A stretch of DNA of 64,000 nucleotides from Chiloscyllium plagiosum (lineage: Eukaryota), in the NCBI RefSeq assembly GCF_004010195.1, contig NC_057720.1:21911042-21975041 (forward strand), in the 5' to 3' direction. The position numbers were made by a program, and so were the translations under genes. The stretch's first letter is position 1; each line of letters opens with the position of its first letter. The notes beneath the pieces were generated by a model. It saw only the letters and a list, made by a program, of their open reading frames with translations, did no database searches and was not told the origin of the DNA. Shown here one piece after another: positions 39,125-50,179 of this stretch.

Positions 39125-39304
39125 TTGTCAAGATTAGAGTGGTGCTGGAAAAGCACAGCTGGTCAGGCAGCATCCGAGGAGCAGGAAAATCAACGTTTCG
39201 GGCAAAAGCTCTTCATCAGGAATCTGCCTGACCTGCTGTGCTTTTCCAACACCACTCTAATCTTGACTCTAATTTTCCAGCGTCTCCAGTACCCACTTCC
39301 GCCC
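39125..39304. mobile_element. Fold-back P1 element with one hammerhead core (39188-39223, minus)
   Basis: gtcaagattagagtggtgctggaaaagcacagc...ggtcaggcag inverted to ctgcctgacc...gctgtgcttttccaacaccactctaatcttgac. TSD of 15 bp with 2 transitions at 39110-39124 and 39305-39319. Confidence 0.82.
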
Positions 39305-39460
39305 TGTAACCTGACGTTAGTTGATTGCAAAAAGAATGAATTGACCCAGCTTTACCTCCATTTCTTGACTCTCTGATGAAAGCCCATAACTGTGAAGTTT
39401 AATAGTGAGGATTTACTGAAAGTAGATAGTTGGTGTGGCCACATCAGGAACACTGTGTGT

Positions 39461-39669
39461 GATTAGATTAGATTACTTACAGTGTGGAAGCAGGCCCTTC
39501 GGCCCAACAAGTCCACACCGCCCCACCGNNNNNNNNNNNNNNNNNNNNNNNNNNNAGACACGGGGAGAACGTGCAAACTCCACACAGTCAGTCGCCTGAG
39601 GCGGGAATTGAACCCGGGTCTCTGGCGCTGTGAGGCAGCAGTGCTAACCACTATGCCACCGTGCTGCCC
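39461..39669 (-). mobile_element. HE1-type SINE with N-gap 39529-39555
   Basis: Reverse complement of 25255-25566. Confidence 0.92.
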
Positions 39670-40020
39670 ACTGGTTCCTTTACCAAAGGAAGGTTCCTTT
39701 ACCAAAGGAAGGATATACTTGCTTTGGAGAGAGAGTAGCAAAGGTTCACTAGACTGATTTCTGGGATTTAACGACTGGAAAAGGTGTTTAGACTAGGTGT
39801 ATGTTTCCCATAGTTTTGAAAAATTAGAGGTGATTATAGTTAAAAATTCTCAAGAGGTTTGAAAGGATAGATACTTAGACAATACTTCCTCTGGCTAGGG
39901 GGTACTATGGCATTACAGTCTCATGGTTAGGGATTTGCTATTTAGAATAGAGATATTTTTACTCAAATTGTTGCAGCTCTTTGGAATTCCCTGTTTCTGA
40001 ATCTTGTGGATTTTCAGTTG
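39670..40020 (+). mobile_element. Old CR1-type 3' fragment
   Basis: gctttggagagagagtagcaaaggttcactagactgatt...tttttactcaaa...ttggaattc resembles the CR1 C-terminal region. Confidence 0.55.
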
Positions 40021-40124
40021 GTGGCTGATTAGTTCAAATGGTTAAAGTGTGGTACTAATAGCATCAAGGTCAAGCATTCAATCCCCATATTGGCCAATGT
40101 TGCTGGCTTCCAACTGAGACTTTG

Positions 40125-40430
40125 GGTGGCATGGTAGCACAGTGGTTAGCACTGCTCAGTGCACCAGGAACCCAGGTTTGAATCCAACCGTGGATGACTG
40201 TCTGTGTTGAGTTCACATGTTCTCCCCATGCAACATGGGTTTCCTTTGCTCTGGTTTCCTCCCACAGTCCAAAAAAGTGCAGGTTAGGTGGATTAGCCAT
40301 GCTAAATTGTCTTGGAATGTGCAGGCTAGATGTTCATGCAGGGTTATAGATAGGGTGGGATGCACATTGAAAGATTTGTGCAGACTTGATAGGCCGAATA
40401 GCCTCTATCTGTACTGTATTGATTCTATTC
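40125..40430 (+). mobile_element. HE1-type SINE, diverged
   Basis: ggcatggtagcacagtggttagcactgct; ggtttcctcccacagtccaaa. Confidence 0.85.
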
Positions 40431-40840
40431 AACATATTCTCCATAAATTGATAGATTTTTGGAACCAAGGGAAACTAGGGATGTAGGTTAAGGGAGGTGG
40501 TGTATGGGTGGATAAGTGGGAATTAAGCAAGAAGATTAGCCACAATTTATTGAAAGTTAGCGCAGAACTGAAGACACAAATGACATATTCCAACATCTAT
40601 TTCTTAAGTTCTTATGCTATTCCACTTGGCACATCTCTTTGATAACAAGAATATGTTTGGGAATTTACTGCAGCCAGATTTCCCCTAGGGTTCAGCTCGT
40701 CTCTTGCCAATAATCAGGGTGGAGACCAGCATAAATCTATTGGAAAGTGCTAGAGACCTGATTATAGATGAAAAGAGGATGTATCGAAGAGGCAGGAGTT
40801 CCTTCTGCTGAACTTCTCAATCCAGTAACTCTGTTGAATA

Positions 40841-41125
40841 TAAGAGTATTTGTGAAAGGCAGCATGCACTGTGAGGTGAATTGAACATCTTCCACAATGG
40901 ATAGGTGATGTCAAAAGATGTAGATCAAATCCAGGAAAATTGGCAATTGCTTCCAGTTTGGTTCATATGGTACATGGAAACATTAAGAGTATTTGTGAAA
41001 GGCAGCATGCACTGTGAGGTGAATTGAACATCTTCCACAATGGATAGGTGATGTCAAAAGATGTAGATCAAATCCAGGAAAATTGGCAATTGCCCCAGTT
41101 TGGTTCATATGGTACATGGAAACAT
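40841..41125. repeat. Direct tandem duplication of about 143 bp
   Basis: 40841-40983 is repeated at 40984-41125; the copies differ only at gcttccag/gccccag. Confidence 0.92.
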
Positions 41126-41134
41126 TCAAAGATA

Positions 41135-42092
41135 AGCAAGTTTTGAGAAGATTTGTAGATCAGGTTGAGGTTCTGGATGTAAGTTTGTGTTTGCGAAGTG
41201 ATGCATTTTGGAAGGTCGAACTTGAAAGTTGAGTACAGAATTAAAGACAGGATTCTTAGCAGTGTGGAGGAACAGCAGGATCTTGGTGTACAGGTACATA
41301 AATCCCTTAAAATTGCCACCCAAGTGGACAGGGTTGTTAAGAAAGCGTATGGTGTTTTGGCTTTCATTAACAGGGGATTGTGTTTAAAAGCCGTGAGATC
41401 TTGTTGCAGCTCTATAAGACTTTGGTTAGATCACACTTGGAATACCATGTCCAGTTCTGGTCGCCCTATTATAGGAAAGATGTGGATGCTTTGGAGAGGG
41501 CTCAGAGAAGGCTTACCAGGATGCTGCCTGGAATGGAGGGCTTATCTTACAAAGAGAGGTTGACTGAGCTCAGACTTTTTTCATTGGAGAAAAGAAGGAA
41601 GAGAGGGGATCTAATTGAGGTGTACAAGATAATGAGAGGCATAGGTAGGGTTGATAGCCAGAGACTTTTTCCCAGGGCAGAAATTGTTAACACGAGGGGT
41701 AATAGTTTTGGCGGAAAGTATAGACGGGATGTCAGAGGCGGGTTCTTTACAGAGAGTTGTGAGAGCATGGAATGCGTTGCCAGCAGCAGTTGTGGAAGCG
41801 AGGTCATTGGGGATATTTAAGAGACTGCTGGACATACATATGGTCACAGAAATTTGAGGTTTGGTACATTAGGTTTACCTTAATGAGGATCAATGGTCGG
41901 CACAATATCATGGGCTGAAGGGCCTGTTCTGTGCTGTACTGTTCTATGTTCTAAGTTTGCTTGCTGAGCTGTAAGGTTCATTTCCAGGCGTTTCGTCACC
42001 CTACTAGATAACATCTTCAGTGGGCCTCAGGTGAAACATTGCTGATAAGTCCTCCTTTCAGTTTATAAGTTTGGGTTTTTTTGGGTTGGTAA
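41135..42092 (-). mobile_element. PLE pseudo-LTR family P3 with hammerhead-like core (41984-42023), split by a CR1
   Basis: Matches the uninterrupted copy at 42963-43110. Minus strand CCA CUGAAGA U GUUAUCU AGUA GGGUGAC GAAAC GCC UGG. Confidence 0.75.
41188..41951 (+). mobile_element. 5'-truncated CR1-type LINE with 8-bp TSD
   Basis: MHFGRSN, DLGVQVHKSLK, LEYHVQFWSP; gttctat tail; TSD taagtttg at 41180-41187 and 41952-41959. Confidence 0.93.
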
Positions 42093-42962
42093 ATGAAACA
42101 GTGACCAGATCAGTTACAACTTCTTTGAGATGGTGACCATTCAACAGCAGATGCATGACCCATTCCACAGTAATCATGTATACTCCACCTGTGAAGTGGG
42201 CTGGATCTCCCAATAATCTTCAGGTAATTTAAATAATGGGATAATTGTTGTTGTGAAAGGATAATATTCTTTTCAGTTCATTGAGTATTTTGTGCTGCAG
42301 TGGTAGGTGGACTTACCTTCTGATCCACAGGTTCAAATGCTGCCCCTGAAATGTATCATAGCAGATCTGGTTAGTTCCTGAAGGGCACAGTACTGTGCAT
42401 ACGCAAAGAGCAAGTCAACAAGCATCTAGAGTTGTGTATCCATTTTTGTTTCTGTTGGTCAATGACAAAGGCAATTAAGTATTTGACCCTGCTGATACAA
42501 ACAATTTGACTTCCTGGATGTATACGTGAACAGTAAGCTAGTTAGCACAGCAAACGTCTAGTACATCAATTATTCTGGAAGGAGCTTTATACTCATACAT
42601 TGAGATCAATGGTTACTTCAATGGTAGCTCATAGTGTTATGCACATGGAAGATCTTATGTGAAGTTTTTTTTGCATCATTGAAATTAAAAGAACAAATGA
42701 AGGGCATTTGTCCCATCATCTCTGTGCTAGCCACAAAGAGCTATCCAGCCTATTCCTATTTTCTAGCCGTTGATATATCACCTCAAATGCTTATCCAAAC
42801 ACTTTGAAATATATTAAAGTTTCTGCCTCTGTCAACTTTCTGTGCAATTAGTTTGCTACTCCACCCCAGCAAAATTACTCATCAGCTCTCCTCTAATTTT
42901 TCCACCAATTACTTTAAACCCATGTCTCATTGTGATAGTGACCTTCCTGATAAAGAAATTAG

Positions 42963-43205
42963 TCTGGATGTAGGTTTGCTCGCTGAGCTGGAAGGTTCAT
43001 TTTCAGACATTTCATCACCATACTAGGTTACATCATCAGTGATCCTCCAGTTGAAACACTGGTGGTATGGCCCGCTTTCTATTTATGTATTTGGATTTCC
43101 TTGGGTTGCTGATGTCATTTTCTATGGTGACATCATTTCCTGTGGTGATAAGCAAACCTACATCCGGAACCTCAACCTGAGTTACAAATCTTCTCAAAAC
43201 TTGCT
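42963..43205. mobile_element. P3 pseudo-LTR with inverted terminal segment and hammerhead-like core (43003-43042, minus)
   Basis: ggatgtaggtttgct is inverted to agcaaacctacatcc at 43151. Minus strand UCA CUGAUGA U GUAACC UAGUAU GGUGAU GAAAU GUC UGA. Confidence 0.75.
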
Positions 43206-43533
43206 AAAAAATTAATCTTTACTACCACGGTATCTCGGCTTCTTATATACCTTAACCAGGTCAGAACTCAAACTCTTCTATTTTGAAGAAAACAATCCCC
43301 AGCCTATTTAATGTTTCCTCATAGCTAGAATTCTCCAGTCACGACAACGTCTGTACCCTCTTTAGAGCAATTACATTTTTCTCCTATTATAATAACAAAA
43401 ACAATATGCAGCACACCATCTGTTGTTCAACTGTAGTGCACTGAAAAATGTGGCATCACTGTTACCACTTATCTTCCAAAATATTGGCTTTCATAGTCAC
43501 ACCTCTTCCACCATTTCCACCTGATTGTACTTG

Positions 43534-44116
43534 TGTTATGGACTAGACCAAACTCCCAAATATATTAAGAAGATAGCCTAGACCCTAACTTTTTCTTATT
43601 TCTTATAAGGTGTTGCATTCCGGTTTTAATTCGACTGGCCAAACTACCAGATTTGTAGCAAAACATTCTTTATTCATACACTATGGTTAAAATGCAACAA
43701 AAGAAAGACGTTGGAATAAACTTAACAGAATAATAGATTATTTAGCTGCTAAGCCATAACTGTTCTGATGTAATACCATCCCGTAAAAACATCCTTGGCA
43801 AAGGCAAATTTAGTAAAATAGATTGTCTCACATGCAGTTCTCCAGTTCCGGAGGAAAAACATCAATGGAAAACTCACAGAGAAAGAACCGCAGTGAGAAA
43901 TGTACTACAGCTTCCAAAGCCAGTTTCAAGATCGCTACTGAAAAGCTAAAACTAAAAAGCAAAGCTCCAGGAGAGCTTGATTCCACCCATTCAGGATGCT
44001 TCTATTATTCAAACTTTTAAAAAAATCTCACAAGCTATTTACTTTGTTGAATTCAAATAGACAGCATGGCTTAAAACCTCTCTTCAAAAACCTCTTAAAG
44101 CCATCGTATCATCACA
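43534..44116 (-). mobile_element. Solo LTR related to 37056-37680, opposite orientation
   Basis: TGTTATGGAC...GTATCATCACA are the reverse complements of the 37056 termini; flanks cttg and tttg. Confidence 0.75.
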
Positions 44117-44907
44117 TTTGGTATGTTAGAAACATTCAGAGGATGTGTTGGAGCCTTGCTTACTATGTCCTGACAATCTGCACAGTCCTATCCTACTTTA
44201 GCTAGCCCTGCTTTGTCAATTTCAGTGTTGCTGGAACATTGCGTTTAGCCTTTATTTAGATTTAGAAGTTTGCAGCAACTCGTTTTTCAAGCACCAGTCA
44301 TATAAACACTCTGGAGTCATGCTATCTGTTCTTGTTAAAAATGAGGTCACACAAAACACATTACTGCAGTAAACTATGCTTGATGTAGTGTGCACTTTTT
44401 ATTCTACTATCAGTGATATAAGCTAATTGCTACACTGCATAACCACAGAACTACAGCATAAGGAACAGTCCTTGAACGACATTTTGTACAGTTTGAGAAA
44501 TTTGGGGAACTTTCAAATTACTGCATAGTAACCCAATAATGCCATGTATATTTGGCTTAACGTGATTCTCATTTCTACATTTATGTGCTCAATGGCAAGA
44601 TATTCATGAGCTCCAAAATCTGAGCGTCATAGAGGTCTGCAGTACAGCCAAAAACCTGTCTTGAGTCCATTGAAATCTTGTGTCAATCCACTGCCATTGA
44701 AAACTTCATTTTTTAATCTGAGTTAAAAGTCACACAATACCAGGTTATAGTCCAACAGGTATCATCTTAGGTACAAAGGTCTCCAGATACAACTTCTTCA
44801 GTAAAAAGCCCAGCTTCGTAGATTTTAGGAATAAATTATAAAATGGAGAAAAACAGTTCACAACAGGAGCCTTCCAACCTAGTCCATGTTGGCACACAGC
44901 CTCTGGA

Positions 44908-45076
44908 CCGCACCGGGCCTTGACTCCAGTCCGCACCGGGCCTTGACTCACCGGGCCTTGACTCCAGTCCGCACCGGGCCTTGACTCCAGTCCGCACCGG
45001 GCCTTGACTCCAGACCGCACCGGGCCTTGACTCCAGACCGCACCGGGCCTTGACTCCAGACCGCACCGGGCCTTGA
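44908..45076. repeat. GC-rich minisatellite, 23-bp unit, about 7.5 copies
   Basis: (ccgcaccgggccttgactccagW)n with one truncated unit. Confidence 0.95.
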
Positions 45077-46454
45077 AGTTTTTGTTTGAATTTTCTTGAG
45101 AAAGGGAGGAGATAGATATGTTTTGTTGAACTAGATCACATGTGAATAGGAAATTAGTGATAGTTTCAGATTAGAAGTGTTTACAAAACCCTGAAGGGGT
45201 TACTTTAGGGTGAGTATATTGAAAGGAGAAGCTATCAGATTTTCCTGACTGGGTGCTGAAGTCAAAGTAAATCCATTGAGATGTTCAAGAAAGAGATTTT
45301 CTGGAATGAGTATATACATATGGATACCAGGCAGGGATGTTCAAGGATTGTTTTGGGATTACTGGGATTATACTTCTACCGTGTGTTTAATAAATCTTTG
45401 AATTTGTATTAAATGCAAAGAGATTGGTTTATTCTATTTGATTTTTTTTGGTTAACAAACTTCTGTTTATTGTTAAAACAAAATCTGCTACATTTATATA
45501 CTTATGTTTCATTCAGATACGAGCTCACTAAAAAATAAAGCAAATATGATCTTTCAAGCCAGATTTCAGTCTGTGATATGAGTTGAACTGTAATAGCTTC
45601 AGTTGAGATCATAATACATTGGAAAATACCATGCCATTGTTGTCCTTAATTGGAAAGTGTGATATGAGAATAAGATATCCTTAATACATTACAATACTCT
45701 ATATAATAATTTTCAGTCCTAAGCAGTTTCCCTTCTATTAAAAGATTTCAAATACTACAAAATGATCAAGAATGAATACTCCCATAGGAAGGGTGCCTCC
45801 AGAAATTGTGTCAATCCTCTGGGATTTATTCATATTTAAATTGACAATCCATAGTTGTATTTATAAAGGTAAATCCCACTACTGCAATTTCAAATATAAA
45901 TTATAACCCCTTTTGTTTAATTTTGAGGTATTCCAAATCAGAAAGTGAAAAGGCAGTTTGCCTTCTCCTCTGCTAAAAAAATTTCAAAATTAACTGACAA
46001 TAAAATGAAATGTAATAGAGCATGAAACTTCCTCAGCTTCTAAATGCTGTGAAGGACCCTGAATGAAGATTTGCACATGTTTCATAAAATTTTTATGTTC
46101 ATAATGCAGCATGAATAATTCAAGAAAGCTGCTACTTTTGTGAGTTTTTTTCCACTTTCAGTTCAAACTAGAACTGACATATTGGTTGGAACATGATCTC
46201 AGTGAATGCTCTGTCAGCACCACATCATAAGCTGTAACCCCAGTATTGCAACACTCAAAATGGCAGACGCCTGATCTAAAGTGAAAATCTCGGTCATTGT
46301 TCCAAATGTAGAAGGAGCTCCAGCAAGAGTAGTTTCCTTGAATTACACTAGCCAGCTTTTGCTTTGAAATCCTTGTAATAGTGATTGCTATGATTGGAAT
46401 CTCATGGATGAAGGAAATAGTTTTCACTTGATCATTTCATTAAAGAATTTTCAT

Positions 46455-47055
46455 AGGATCCCTACAGTGCAGAAAGAGGTTGTTTGCCCCATCGACTCTG
46501 CATGGACCCTCTGAAGAGTATCCCACCCAGACCCTGCCCCCAAGGCTAATCCACCTAACCTGCACATCTTTGGACTGTGGGAAGAATCAGAGCACCCTGA
46601 AGAAACCCACTTAGACATGGAGAGAATCAAAACAGAAATTGATGGTAAAGCTCAGCAGGTCTGGCAGCATCTCTGGAGAGAAATCAGAGTTAACATTTGG
46701 TCGAGTGACCCTTCCTCAGAACTGATGGTAGCTAGGAAAATGTTGACTGATGTGCAGTAGGTAGGGTGGGGGAGAGGGTAAAGAGTAAACAATAGGTGGG
46801 AATACAGCCTAAATAAAGAGAAGGACAGTTAGACAGACAAAGGAATGGACAACAATCTGGCTGGGAGGGTGAATAGCCGTTAATGGCTAACAATGGGTTG
46901 TGTGGAATAGCAACTATGTGTTAACAAACATGAAGACACAGACACAGGGCGAATGTGCAAACTCCACACAGATCATCACCCAAAGCTGGAATTGAACCCA
47001 GGTTCCTGATACTGTGAGGCAGCACTACTAACCACTGAGCCACCATGCTGCTCAA
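46455..47055 (-). mobile_element. HE1-type SINE interrupted by a P4 PLE fragment
   Basis: SINE 3' half at 46455-46626 and 5' half at about 46940-47055. Confidence 0.8.
46627..46930 (-). mobile_element. PLE pseudo-LTR family P4 with degenerate hammerhead (46689-46722)
   Basis: Minus strand GUU CUGAGGA AG GGUC ACUC GACC AAAU GUU AAC (the G of GAAA is missing). Confidence 0.65.
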
Positions 47056-47409
47056 CTTTTGTACATCATTTTGCCAAGTTCATAAATTTAATGAATTTGG
47101 CTGCAGTTTTTAAAATCATTTACTTTATTTCACAATATATTATTTAATGTAAGACTGAAGGTGGACACAATTTGTACTAATCAACACAAGAAATGGCAAT
47201 GCTGGAAATGAACCAACTTCATTATATGCTCAGGCTCTCAGGCCAGGCACAGGAGTAAATAGAGAGATAGAGATTACAATCCTTTGTCATTGCATCTGCA
47301 CTAATTAAAACAACCACCATATGATTCTAATCCTATTTTCCAGCACTTGGCCATAACATTCTAAGCTTTGGCATTGCAGGTACACATCTAAATACTTATT
47401 AACTATGGT

Positions 47410-47850
47410 ATGGAGGGAGCTAGCTATGAGGAGATGTTGAGTAGATTAGGATTATTTTCTTTAGAAAGACAGAGGTTGAGGGGGGACTGTATTGAGGTCT
47501 ACAAAATCATGAGGTATAGACAGGGTGGATAGCAAGAAGCTTTTTCCCAGAGTGGGGGACTCAATTACTAGAGGTCACGAGTTCAAGGTGAGGTGGGAAA
47601 GTTTAAGGGAGATATGCATGGAAAGTTCTTTACGCAGAAGGTGGTGGGTGCCTGGAATGCGTTGCCAGCGGAGGTTGTAGAGGGGGGCGCGATAGCATCA
47701 TTTCAGATGCATCTAGACAGATATTTGAATGGGCAGGGAGCAGAGGGATAGAAAACAGTTGACAGGTTTAGATAGAGGATCTGGATCAGCGCAGGCTTGG
47801 AGGGCCGAAGGGCCAGTTCCTGTGCTGTAGTTTTCTTTGTTCTTCGTTCT
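47410..47850 (+). mobile_element. CR1-type LINE 3' end nested in an older minus-strand CR1 remnant (about 47270-48100)
   Basis: gaggtctacaaaatcatgag; ttctttacgcagaaggtggtgggtgcctggaa; tail ttctttgttct. Confidence 0.85.
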
Positions 47851-48710
47851 TAAATGTCACGAGGTTCCAGCATACAGTCAAAATTTGACAATCTTCTGGG
47901 TGAAAAGGTTTTTCCTTACATCTTCTCTCACCATTCTGCCCCTTCCCTTAAATCTAGGCACCCCCCCCGGCACCCTGGTCATTGATTCCAACCCCCCCCA
48001 CCCCATCAAGGGCCTTCCCATTTTTCCTATTTACGCCCCTCATAATTTTGTGCATCGCTATCATGTCCTCCCTGAATCTTCTCGCTCTAAGAAAACCATC
48101 ACAGCCAGTGGAGTGAAGTGTTTGTTCAGTTGGTGTTACAGCTGGGTTTAATACCTGTATTTACTGAGGTCACCTTGAAGGTTCTGCCTTCCTAATCTTG
48201 CCCCTTGCCTGAGGTGTGGTGACCCTCACCACCCATTGTCTCTCACTTGTGACTTTACTCATTATTCATCACAAAGTTGTATTATTCTCGTTTTAACTGG
48301 CATAGTATGTATTCTTTCCCTAATAATAACACCTTTGAAAGATGCCAGATATAAGATTGACCAATGCAATGCCATTGGGACTATCAACAACAACACCTTG
48401 CTTTTATGTAGCATCTTTAATGCAGTAGAATATCCCAAGGCATTTTACATGAGTGTTGTCAGACAGATTAAGACAGTGAATTACATAGAGCAATAGTGGA
48501 TCACAAGTTTGGTCAAAGGGTTAAGTTTTAAGAAGCAGTAGGAAGGCAGAAAGGCCAGGGAGAGATTTGAAAGTATGACTACCTTTTGGAGGGGGAAGAA
48601 AATTGAGGATACATAGGAACTCAGAATTAGAAGAGGGTTGCATTTTAAGAGGTTTGTAGGACTAGGAGAGGCTACAGAGATGGGGAAGGGTCAAATATGA
48701 AAGGAGGCAA

Positions 48711-48982
48711 GCCAGACAGAGAACAGCCAGGGAATTCCTAGAGGCATGGCATTCATTCACAAACTCCATCAACAAACACATCGACCTGGACCCAATATAC
48801 CAACCACTACAGCGGACAGCTGAAACTGACAACCGGAAGCGGCAGGGACAGACCACTATAAACACCGGAGGAAACATCAAAGAAGCGCTTTGCAGGAGGC
48901 TCCCAAGCACTGATGATGTCGCCTAGCCAGGGGACGAAACGTTTGCAACAAAAACTTCCAGCTCGGCGAACAGAACCACAAC
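48711..48982 (+). mobile_element. 5'-truncated PLE 3' end (P3-related) with 14-bp TSD
   Basis: Encodes ARQRTAREFLEAWHSFTNSINKHIDLDPIYQPL, a PLE endonuclease C-terminus. TSD atgaaaggaggcaa at 48697-48710 and 48983-48996. Confidence 0.88.
48907..48946 (+). ncRNA. Minimal type I hammerhead motif
   Basis: GCA CUGAUGA U GUCGCCU AGCC AGGGGAC GAAAC GUU UGC: stem I GCA/UGC, stem II 6 of 7 pairs, ACGU palindrome, GUU triplet. Confidence 0.72.
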
Positions 48983-49785
48983 ATGAAAGGAGGCAATCAC
49001 CAGGGCATCATAAATTTTAAATGATGCTAGAAGAGGAGTCAGTTTAGGTCTGAGCATGGTGGTAGGGGAAGCAGTCAAATAACCTATTTTGGAATATAGA
49101 GCATCAGAAGAGGGGACTTCAGAATGATCAGCCAGGGAATCAATGTTTAGAATCATTGAGTCTAGGAGATGAAACTAACATGGATAGGTGTCTCAGCAGC
49201 AAGTGAAATTACCCATGTGAGGGAATGAACGATTATGGATGATCTCACTCTTAAGTGTGTTGAAATCCATCTGTCACAGTTCTGCCCACTCATTGTCTCT
49301 TTGTAATTTTATGCCATCGCTATATGACTTCATACATCACAAGCCTCTCTGTCAGAACAGATATGTGACTCTTCTTTTTTAGCTAAGTCATTAATAATGG
49401 GGATGATTGGTTGAAGCTCCACTACAGAATCTTGTGGAATATCACTGTTCACTTCCTTCTACCTTTGAATGCATGTAATCAATCTCCTCGTGATGCCAAT
49501 CATTTGTCTTCAATTCCACGAGTTTGATTTCAGCAGTCTCTTATATTATCAGTATTATGTGGAAGCTGACATTGCAGTAAAAGCAGATAGAAAGGTTGAG
49601 AGGCAGAGAGCTTTTGAAAGTAAACTCAGTTCCTGTAGGACCCTTACAGCCAGGAGAAAGAAAGGACTCACACGTTCTCAGGCAAGATTAATTTCAAATG
49701 CAGATGGAAGGCCTGCATGTTACATTTTTGTACCTTATTACTTGTTCTGTCCCTCCACTGGTTGCCTGAATAGCATTGTCTTTCC

Positions 49786-49886
49786 TGGTGGACCAAGTTA
49801 AAAATCACATAACACCAGGTTATAGTCCAACCGGTTTATTTAGAAGCTTTGTCCACCCAGTCCAATACCAGCACCTCCAAATCATT
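49786..49886. mobile_element. Internally deleted P2 element
   Basis: P2 5' arm joined to the inverted terminus tttgtccacccagtccaataccagcacctccaaatcat; hammerhead lost. Confidence 0.65.
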
Positions 49887-50179
49887 TCCGAGTGAAATAT
49901 TGTACCAAGTATTGAAAACGTTGTGCTACCGAAAACATAATCTGGTTCTTCAAGCAGTAGTGTGAAACACTGAATTCTAAGTTCATATGATTTCTCTACA
50001 TTGATTAGTATTTAATTTTACACACACTGTCACACAATATCTGACTCACTGTGTAGTAATCTCAATTCAGCAGTGAGCAGAATGTATAAGGTTCTCTGCT
50101 TTAAGTTCACCAAATGGTGCTGTCTCAGTTTGTTGTTGATAAGATATTCAGGAAAACATTAGCTCAAGAAAGAATGAAT

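Noticed and set aside
44745..45066. Repetitive ORFs (RSGVKARCGLESRPG...)
   Set aside because: Translation of the 23-bp minisatellite.
46158..46427. 89-aa minus-strand ORF and a plus-strand acceptor at 46161
   Set aside because: No recognisable motif, and all plus frames stop quickly. A terminal exon cannot be excluded but is unsupported.
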